Part shown: positions 56,332 to 64,000 of the stretch, one piece after another
How the letters are laid out: every line of letters starts with the position of its first letter
Numbering within the stretch: position 1 is the stretch's first letter
Sequence record: PQ390715.1
Strand: one strand, 5' to 3'
DNA length: 64,000 nt
The notes under the pieces: model-generated
Databases searched by the model: none
The model's input: the letters and a program-made list of their open reading frames with translations, nothing else
Told to the model about the DNA's origin: nothing
Program-made: the position numbers and the translations under genes

Positions 56332-56645
56332 TGTCCAACTATAGTCAATACTCACCTTACGCTAAGGTGAAACAAACATGGTATCTTGGGTATAATTTAC
56401 CACGTGATATTGTTCCGGCTGATACTGATGATTTTTATGAGATCCCATTGAAATATGAATATCAACCTTGGCGTTTAGCATACGAAATGTATGGTAATGA
56501 ACGCTTATATTATATTTTCGCATTGTTAAATCCAGACATACTAGGAGAAGATCCTATATATAATTTTAAAAGTGGAGTAACAATTAGAATACCAGCAAAT
56601 CAAAGAGTACAGAATTATCTTAATGGTACTCGAAACATAGGCTAA
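56331..56645 (+). CDS. Baseplate wedge protein (gp53-like)
   Basis: Y.IP.KYEYQPWRLAYEMYG...IFALLN, G..IRIP. Confidence 0.75.
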   Translation: MSNYSQYSPYAKVKQTWYLGYNLPRDIVPADTDDFYEIPLKYEYQPWRLAYEMYGNERLYYIFALLNPDILGEDPIYNFKSGVTIRIPANQRVQNYLNGTRNIG

Positions 56646-56656
56646 TGGAGTAACGT

Positions 56657-58906
56657 ATGGCAGATTTACGAAGTACAGTTGATAATTTTCAAAATGATAT
56701 TACAAGTATTACTGGTAAGGCTAAAACCACCACATCTAATGCACTTGATAGTTTGAAAGCTACAGCAAATACATTACAAAATGATGTAAAAACTATTACA
56801 AAAAATAATTACAAAGCAAATGTAAGTAATGTAGTATCATTACCAAAACAAAGTGCTAGTGTTGATCAAGTTTATGAAGATCTCGATTTAAGTCAGTTTG
56901 TAATACCGTATGACAATAAATTATTGAAATATGATAACCCAACTTGGCACTTTTGTTTATTTGCCTTAGATAAAGATGATTTTAAAAACTTTTGGCTTTA
57001 CCCAGATGCAGAAGTGCAACGACATGTGATATCAGAAAGTGGTGTTACTGGCAAATATAATATCACTAGTGTACAAATGACACAAGCTGGACCTTCAACA
57101 CCAGGAATGACAACAAACTATTGTTTTAATACAGCAGTACTTAATATGTCTGAAAATAATAGTATGAGTCTATATGATGAATTAATTTCGTTAAGTAACA
57201 AACTTAGATATCATAAATTTATGGACTTGCCATTGATCTTGGAATTAAAGTTTATTGGCTTTAATAAAAATGGAATACCTGAAATTATCCCAGAGACAAC
57301 AAGACGCTGGTCAGTTAAAATTAATAGTGTTACTGCAAGTGCTTCACAAAGTGGTAGTACTATGATGTATACTATGAACTTAGTTCATAATAGAGCAGCT
57401 TTAGTTGATAACATTGAATGGACCTTAAAAGAACCATTCAATTGTACTGCTGAAAACTTTGGTGACTTCTGCTTTGATTTAGAAGATAAATTAAATCAGA
57501 TGGCTGACCAACAATATGGTTATCTTAGATATAAATTTGGTGAATTATCCGAAGGTAAATTTTTCGAATTTAAAGTAGCACCTGATTTGCAAGATTTGTT
57601 TATAAACTATGATTCTAAACAAATGGCAGAGGCCGGAACAACTAAAAGTGGTGCACAAGGTTCTAAAAACTTTTCATGGAACCCAAGTACTCCTATATCT
57701 CGAATTATTGATGACGTTATTGATACATGTACTGTACAAGCCGATGATAGTACTAGTGTGCGTCAATTTGTAAACATTATACCAGTTAAACAATACGTTG
57801 GTTTTGATAATTATCGTAATACTTCTGTTTATAAAGTAATTTTTTATATTGTTAGATTTAAAATAGGTGATATTGTTCATGAATCGGATTTACAACCTGA
57901 AAATTTCACATTTGAGTACTTTTTTGAGAACGCAGAAAAATACGTAGATCCTAATGATCAAAAACCAAAAATAAACATGAAAACTTATAATTATCAATTT
58001 AGTGGGCTTAATAGTGAGATACTTGATTTGGATTTGAAATTTGATCAGCAATTTTTCGTAGCCACTACACGTAACCCTGGTCCGATACAAGATGTAGCGA
58101 ACCATGCAGGTACACATACATCCCAAGAACTCAATATTCAAGGTGTACAATACAATAGTATACCAGACGCATGGGCAAAAACAAGTGATTTACGTGTAAC
58201 TCGTGATTTAGGAGGGATGTTAACACAAGCCCAACAACAATTGTTAACTGAAGTTGAAACTTTAGCAAAAAATCAAATGCAGGTTGGTAACGCAGAAGAA
58301 CAAGACCGTTATAATAACTATCAAGTCAATGTTTTGCCTCAATATATTGAAGATTATGTAACCACTTATGAAGAAAACGATGGCGGTACTGATGGTGTTG
58401 GTCACCGTTATGGTGAAGTGTTCACAATGCCAACCGAAGCAACTAACAATGAAACAACTTTATCCGCTTCGTTAAACGATAACAGCAGCACATATGAAAT
58501 GGATAGACGTAAAATACGTGACAACTATTACAATAGACCTTTTTTGTGTAAACTCGATATGCGTGTAGTAGGCGACCCGTACTGGTTAGGGTGGAGTGAT
58601 TACTCTTACTTACAATATCTAGAACAAGTAATTAATGGTGAAGATATGGAAATTAACCCAGATGATTATCATGTAGCAAATTATATAACATCTGAAGCGT
58701 ATCTATTACTAAAATTACAACCAGTAATATCAATAAATGATAACACTGGTGTTTTGGATATTAATACACCAACCACATTTAACCAAACAATTTATCGTGT
58801 TAATAAAATTGTTCATGATTTTGGTGCAGGTGGTTCTTTTACACAACAAATTCAAGCTGCAATTGTAATTCGTGCACTCAAACGTCACGATAGTATAGTT
58901 GATTAA
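56657..58906 (+). CDS. Baseplate hub protein (gp27-like, large)
   Basis: Position upstream of the spike gene; C-terminal VVGDPYWL and GSFTQQIQA. Confidence 0.6.
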   Translation: MADLRSTVDNFQNDITSITGKAKTTTSNALDSLKATANTLQNDVKTITKNNYKANVSNVVSLPKQSASVDQVYEDLDLSQFVIPYDNKLLKYDNPTWHFCLFALDKDDFKNFWLYPDAEVQRHVISESGVTGKYNITSVQMTQAGPSTPGMTTNYCFNTAVLNMSENNSMSLYDELISLSNKLRYHKFMDLPLILELKFIGFNKNGIPEIIPETTRRWSVKINSVTASASQSGSTMMYTMNLVHNRAALVDNIEWTLKEPFNCTAENFGDFCFDLEDKLNQMADQQYGYLRYKFGELSEGKFFEFKVAPDLQDLFINYDSKQMAEAGTTKSGAQGSKNFSWNPSTPISRIIDDVIDTCTVQADDSTSVRQFVNIIPVKQYVGFDNYRNTSVYKVIFYIVRFKIGDIVHESDLQPENFTFEYFFENAEKYVDPNDQKPKINMKTYNYQFSGLNSEILDLDLKFDQQFFVATTRNPGPIQDVANHAGTHTSQELNIQGVQYNSIPDAWAKTSDLRVTRDLGGMLTQAQQQLLTEVETLAKNQMQVGNAEEQDRYNNYQVNVLPQYIEDYVTTYEENDGGTDGVGHRYGEVFTMPTEATNNETTLSASLNDNSSTYEMDRRKIRDNYYNRPFLCKLDMRVVGDPYWLGWSDYSYLQYLEQVINGEDMEINPDDYHVANYITSEAYLLLKLQPVISINDNTGVLDINTPTTFNQTIYRVNKIVHDFGAGGSFTQQIQAAIVIRALKRHDSIVD

Positions 58907-58919
58907 GGAATAAAATATT

Positions 58920-61583
58920 ATGGCAGATACAAGTAAAAAGTATGCACAACAGCAGTTGGGTCGTTTTGACCCATCTTATCCGCAGTTAGCAACTGTTATG
59001 GATAACAGAGATCCAACTAAATCAGGAAAACTGAAAGTTTGGATACAAGGTTCTCAAAGTGATAAAAACTCAAAAGAATCATGGATAGAAGCATCTTACA
59101 TGTCTCCTTTTGCTGGTAAAACACCAGGTATTCCAAGTGCTGATGCATATGGTCAATATCCAAAAGGATACGGTTTTTGGGCAGTACCACCAGACGTAGG
59201 GTGTACAGTTGTTGTAATTTTTGCACAAGCCCGTACATTCCAAGCATATTGGATTGGTTGTGTATATGACCAGCGTATGAATACTATGGTTCCAGGTATG
59301 GCAACTGAAGTAAGTAATTATGGTGGAACTGATATGCCACTTCCTGTTACTGACTATGATCGTAACACTATCACTACCGATATGCAAGACAAATATGCTA
59401 ACGTTCCAATTATCGCAGGTCTTAAAAAGCAAAACCTTTTATATGACGAAGAAGCTGGGTTGGCAAATCGTAGTAGTACTCGACAAACCACCAGTACTGT
59501 ATATGGTATGTCTTCGCCACGTGGTAATAGTTTTATTATTGATGATGGATATACTGAAGAGGAATTAACAGCACCAACGTGGGATCAAGACCCAGATGGA
59601 TATCAAGATACACAATTTAATAACCCAGTAAACGATACACGTGTTGGTTCTCGTAAAAATGAAGGTGTCGTAATAAAAACACGTAGTGGTGCACAACTTC
59701 TTTTATCAGAAGCTACTGGTGATGTTCTTTTAATTAACCGTGATGGCACTGCACGTATAAAATTCACTGGTGAAGGTGATATTGACATGCACTGTGATAA
59801 GAATATTAATATTCGTGCTGGTCAAGATATTAATATTACTGCTGGACGTTCATATAATATTGAAACCGGACAAGATTTCAATGCACGAGTTGGTGCAAAT
59901 ACTAAATTAGATCTAATTGGTGCTCTTGATGCAAAAGTTGGTGGACAAGTTGTTGTTAATTCTGGGGCAGACCTTCGTTTAGTTACGGCTGCATCATTAC
60001 GTATGCAAAGTGGTAGCAGTACTGATATTACGGCTGGTTCAAATGCTTCTATTTCTGCCGCAACATCTGCAAACCTAATTGGATCATCATCAGCAATTAT
60101 TAGTGGTGGTGGTCAAACATTAACAGTTAATAGTGGTGGTAATAGCGGCACTGCTGAATTTACTGCACCAAACTTTAGAACACCATCTGCTGGTCTTAAT
60201 GAACACATTCATGATATTGCTGCATGGGTTAACGCTGAAAATCATGGTAGTTATGTTGAACCACCAAGACAAGGTGGTGGAAGTGGTTCTAGTGAATCAC
60301 CAGTACAACCACAACCAGCAAATGATGTATCACCAGAATTACCCGTAGCACAAGACACTGAAGCTGTTCAGTTTGTTAACTATACATCAGAAACTGAACA
60401 AGTTCAATCACAAGATTTGATGACATCTGATCCTGGGATGACTGGATATAGTATTACATATGAAGGTTTACATATGTTAATGCCATGTAGCGGTACTATT
60501 CGACAATATGGTTACTGGGGGAAAGGTGTTCCAACACAAAGTGGAGGAAAGGCAGACCGTTCAGGTTGGGAAATACAATGTAAAGGTGATGTAGTTGCAC
60601 CAGATGGTGGCGTGGTAGTAATTACTAATGGTGCTCTTTTAATACAACATAAGTCTGGATATAAATCTATTTTTTATAATATTCAATCTGATTTATTAAA
60701 CAAAGATGTTGTTCAAAAAGGTCAAGTTGTTGGAAAAGCAAATGGTGTCATACAGTTTGAAATTCGTGTTACATCAGCAAATGTTCTTGGATTCAGTGGT
60801 TCTGTTGACCCAGGATTATTTTATGCTTCACAAACAGGAACAGGGTCTGATGCGGCGAATAAAACATTAATTGGTGGTCAAGCAACTAATCAATCTGCTC
60901 CAAAAGCAGTTGTACAACCTTCAGTTGATAGTGATGAATTGGTAGTTACAACAAAAATCAAAACGATAGGTACTGGATATTCTCAACGTGGTTCTCGTCA
61001 TGTGCCTCGTAGAAGAAGAACACAGAGAAGTGGAGCTTCAACAACTCCGGTGGAGCAACCTACCTATAATATTGGAAATGTTGATAAAACTGCAATCGAT
61101 TGGAAAGTTGTTCCAGGTGATGCACAGTTTATTTCTGAATTAAAAGAATATGAAGGTACATTACAATACCAACAAGCAAAAGGATATTATCGTAATGGTA
61201 AATTCTGGCGTTATTTGGATAGTCGTGGGTATCCAACTATTGGTTATGGTCACTTGATTATTAGTGGTGAAAATTTTTCAGATGGAATAACTGAACAGCA
61301 AGCCAACGATATGTTAGTTCGTGATAGTAGTAAAGCTATATATGATGCTAAATCAATTTATGCTTCATATAACATGAAAACACCTTATTTGGCTCAACAA
61401 GTACTATGCCAAATGGTATTCCAGATGGGTAAAGGTGGGGTACTTAAATTTAAAACTATGTTGTCTGAATTAGCTAAAGGTAATTATAAACAAGCTGCTG
61501 CTCAAATACGTAATTCAGCTTGGTATCGCCAAACTACTCGCCGTGCTGAGTTAATGGCTCGTCGTTTAGAGGCATGTCAATAA
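58920..61583 (+). CDS. Central baseplate spike (gp5/VgrG-like) with degenerate M23 and C-terminal lysozyme domains
   Basis: OB-fold DPTKSGKLKV, beta-helix repeats, LNEHIHD, M23-like fold, EYEG...D..GYPTIGYGHL. Confidence 0.85.
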   Translation: MADTSKKYAQQQLGRFDPSYPQLATVMDNRDPTKSGKLKVWIQGSQSDKNSKESWIEASYMSPFAGKTPGIPSADAYGQYPKGYGFWAVPPDVGCTVVVIFAQARTFQAYWIGCVYDQRMNTMVPGMATEVSNYGGTDMPLPVTDYDRNTITTDMQDKYANVPIIAGLKKQNLLYDEEAGLANRSSTRQTTSTVYGMSSPRGNSFIIDDGYTEEELTAPTWDQDPDGYQDTQFNNPVNDTRVGSRKNEGVVIKTRSGAQLLLSEATGDVLLINRDGTARIKFTGEGDIDMHCDKNINIRAGQDINITAGRSYNIETGQDFNARVGANTKLDLIGALDAKVGGQVVVNSGADLRLVTAASLRMQSGSSTDITAGSNASISAATSANLIGSSSAIISGGGQTLTVNSGGNSGTAEFTAPNFRTPSAGLNEHIHDIAAWVNAENHGSYVEPPRQGGGSGSSESPVQPQPANDVSPELPVAQDTEAVQFVNYTSETEQVQSQDLMTSDPGMTGYSITYEGLHMLMPCSGTIRQYGYWGKGVPTQSGGKADRSGWEIQCKGDVVAPDGGVVVITNGALLIQHKSGYKSIFYNIQSDLLNKDVVQKGQVVGKANGVIQFEIRVTSANVLGFSGSVDPGLFYASQTGTGSDAANKTLIGGQATNQSAPKAVVQPSVDSDELVVTTKIKTIGTGYSQRGSRHVPRRRRTQRSGASTTPVEQPTYNIGNVDKTAIDWKVVPGDAQFISELKEYEGTLQYQQAKGYYRNGKFWRYLDSRGYPTIGYGHLIISGENFSDGITEQQANDMLVRDSSKAIYDAKSIYASYNMKTPYLAQQVLCQMVFQMGKGGVLKFKTMLSELAKGNYKQAAAQIRNSAWYRQTTRRAELMARRLEACQ

Positions 61584-61619
61584 ATATTTTAGTACTATAA
61601 ATAAAACGAGGATATCTTT

Positions 61620-62108
61620 ATGAGTAAATGGGAAATTAAAAATACAGATGAGCAATTTTTTAAGGAAATTAAAGAATTTGAAGGAACTATTGCTTATCAG
61701 AAAAAACTTGGTTATTTTAAAAATGATAAGTTTTGGGTATATAAAGACAGCTTAGGTCTTGATACAATTGGCTATGGTCACCTAGTTTTACCTGGTGAAA
61801 ATTTCAAGAATGGTTTAACAGAAGCACAAGCTGACCAACTTCTTCTTAAAGATGCTCAAACTGCGTACAATGATGCAAAATCAATTTATGAACAATTTGG
61901 TATGACCGCACCTATACAGGTTCAACGTGTATTATGGTTGATGGTATTCCAGATGGGCAAAACCAAAGTTTTAAAATTTAAAAAAGCAATGACCGCATTA
62001 GGTAAGGCTGATTATAAAACTGCTGGTAAGGAATTGCGTGATAGTACATGGTATAAACAAACCACTTCAAGAGCGGAAAAGATGGCACGTATTGTTGAAT
62101 CCGTATAA
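61620..62108 (+). CDS. Phage lysozyme (GH24-like)
   Basis: EFEG...YKDSLGLDTIGYGHL, MVFQMG, WYKQT..RA; own late promoter. Confidence 0.9.
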   Translation: MSKWEIKNTDEQFFKEIKEFEGTIAYQKKLGYFKNDKFWVYKDSLGLDTIGYGHLVLPGENFKNGLTEAQADQLLLKDAQTAYNDAKSIYEQFGMTAPIQVQRVLWLMVFQMGKTKVLKFKKAMTALGKADYKTAGKELRDSTWYKQTTSRAEKMARIVESV

Positions 62109-62123
62109 TAAAGGAAATAGTCA

Positions 62124-62519
62124 ATGGCAGTTGTTTTTAAAGGTTTTTCTACCCCAGTAGTGGGTAGAACTGAAACATTGTATGATAGTGAATTGGTTCG
62201 CCAAGATTTAATGAATCATTTCAATACAAAAAAAGGCGAAAGAGCATTTGATGCTGACTATGGTTTTATTGCATGGGATTTGCTGTTTGAATTGGAAGGT
62301 TATAATACTATCAACCTTTTGGAAGCAGATGCCCGTAGAATAATTAGCTTAGATCCACGCTTAAATCTTAAGAAATTGCAAATTTCAAGAATAGAATATG
62401 GATACCAAATGAATATTGTATTACAGTACGTAGTATTGGATACATTAGAAGAACTTACTATTGTATTCGATGCAAGAAGTAATAACAGAATGGCAACATA
62501 TTCAGTATCGTCTTTATAA
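62124..62519 (+). CDS. Baseplate wedge subunit (gp25-like)
   Basis: DLMNHFNTKKGERAFDADYG, DPRL. Confidence 0.88.
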   Translation: MAVVFKGFSTPVVGRTETLYDSELVRQDLMNHFNTKKGERAFDADYGFIAWDLLFELEGYNTINLLEADARRIISLDPRLNLKKLQISRIEYGYQMNIVLQYVVLDTLEELTIVFDARSNNRMATYSVSSL

Positions 62520-62523
62520 TTAC

Positions 62524-62552
62524 AAAAGCACTCTTCGGAGTGCTTTTCTTTT
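62524..62552 (+). terminator. Intrinsic terminator
   Basis: AAAAGCACTC-TTCG-GAGTGCTTTT plus T run. Confidence 0.9.
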
Positions 62553-62620
62553 TGAATAAATATTTCTATATATAATTCCCAGTACTGAACTAGTACTTTA
62601 CTGATTTAAAGGAATAAATT

Positions 62621-64000
62621 ATGTCACAACAAAAAAGGCAATCAAATTTATACGCTGGTGAGGATTGGACTCAAGTATATGAAAGTTTTTATAAAATCAA
62701 TCTTACAGCTTATGACTTCGATACTATCCGTCAGAGTATGATTGATTATCTACGTGCAACTTACCCAGACTCATTCAACGACTGGATCGAAAACGACCAG
62801 TTTATTTTTATTTTAGATACGATTTCTATGCTAGGGCAGAACTTGGCATTTCGTATGGATTTGAACACACGTGAAAACTTTTTAGATACTGCAACTCGTC
62901 GTGCATCAGTACTAAAACTAGCTAAAATGATTTCTTACTCACCACGCCGCTCATATCCAGGTCGTGCAGTTGCTAAATTAACCGAAATTAAAACAAACCA
63001 AGATGTTCGTAATAGTTTTAATGAATCATTAAAAGATAAAATCATTCGTTGGAATGACCCGATGGATGCTAACTGGTATGAAAACTTCATTCTAGTAATG
63101 AACAGTTCATTTGTCAGTACTAACCAATTTGGTAATCCAGTCAAGCGTATTGATGTTAATGGTGTCTCTCGTCAACTATATCGAATGAACACCATCCCAA
63201 TGACAGCACCCAGTATTCCATTTATTGCAACTGTCAATGGTGAATCTATGACATTTGAAGTAGTGAATCCTGATATTACGTCTGTTGGTGTTGAAGAACG
63301 ACATCCAGAACCACAAGAGCAAAAATATATTGTTTATCAAAATGATGGTAATGGATTTAGCTCACCAAATACTGGTTTTTTTGTATATTTCGTACAAGGT
63401 ACATTGACATATCAAGATTATCAATATGCTATCCGTGAAGAGAACCGTATACAAGATATTAACGTTGATAATATCAACGAAACTGATGTATGGGTTCAAG
63501 AAATAAATGAAGATGGTATTGTTCGTACCAAATGGACAAAAGTTCCATCAATGGAAAGTATTGCATATAACACTGTTAATCGTCAATTAAAAACAATTTT
63601 TGCTGTTACTACTCGTGATAAAGATCAAATAACAATTAAGTATCCAGACTCAAGAAGTGGTGTTGTTCCCCGTGGGACGTTCCGCGTATGGTATCGTGTT
63701 AGTAATGGTAAAACATATAACATTAAAACTTCTGAAATTCAAAACAAAAGCGTAAAATATACATATCGTACAAAAACACAGTCAAGTTATGAATCTAGTA
63801 CATTGGATATACGTTTTTCATTACAATATGAGTCCGACCGTGCACAAAGTGCAGAGACTATTGAGCAGATTAAAGCACGTGCACCACAAATGTACTATAC
63901 ACAAAACCGTTTTGTCAATGGTGAAGATTATAATATTGCACCACTTAGTTTAGGCAATACTGTACTTAAATCTAAAGCTATTAATAGAATTTATAGTGGA
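62621..64000 (+). CDS. Baseplate wedge protein (gp6-like), partial, runs off window
   Basis: Manual translation MSQQKRQSNLYAGEDW...YDFDTIRQSMIDYLR..YP..FND...ENFLDTA.RRASVLKLAKMISYSP. Confidence 0.9.
   Translation, partial: MSQQKRQSNLYAGEDWTQVYESFYKINLTAYDFDTIRQSMIDYLRATYPDSFNDWIENDQFIFILDTISMLGQNLAFRMDLNTRENFLDTATRRASVLKLAKMISYSPRRSYPGRAVAKLTEIKTNQDVRNSFNESLKDKIIRWNDPMDANWYENFILVMNSSFVSTNQFGNPVKRIDVNGVSRQLYRMNTIPMTAPSIPFIATVNGESMTFEVVNPDITSVGVEERHPEPQEQKYIVYQNDGNGFSSPNTGFFVYFVQGTLTYQDYQYAIREENRIQDINVDNINETDVWVQEINEDGIVRTKWTKVPSMESIAYNTVNRQLKTIFAVTTRDKDQITIKYPDSRSGVVPRGTFRVWYRVSNGKTYNIKTSEIQNKSVKYTYRTKTQSSYESSTLDIRFSLQYESDRAQSAETIEQIKARAPQMYYTQNRFVNGEDYNIAPLSLGNTVLKSKAINRIYSG

Overview
This is a 64 kb, AT-rich, gene-dense segment of a T4-superfamily-like jumbo myovirus. 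Gene content and order resemble the RaK2/GAP32/121Q-like enterobacterial jumbo phages (inferred from recalled synteny, no search run). It carries three core modules. (1) Nucleotide metabolism: NrdAB and a MazG-like NTPase. (2) A T4-type replication/recombination set: gp41 helicase, gp61 primase, UvsW/UvsX/UvsY, gp32, RNase H, gp45 clamp, B-family polymerase, gp46/47, EndoVII and the gp55 late sigma. (3) Virion genes: terminase, portal, prohead protease, scaffold, major capsid, probable tape measure, baseplate proteins, tail fibre and lysozymes. No tRNAs, CRISPR arrays, introns or inteins were seen. The most unusual elements are: a 450-510 nt promoter-driven, ORF-free, highly structured RNA-like locus at about 50310-50818 (minus), beside an AT-rich hairpin tract and divergent from a zinc-less EndoVII; a 212 aa stripped-down DnaE (Pol III alpha) core keeping all three catalytic aspartates; a 55 aa Hfq/Sm-like ORF missed by the ORF track; a degenerate terminase-ATPase paralog abutting the real terminase; a rigid non-canonical promoter motif (9 copies); and a marked excess of the palindrome AGTACT.
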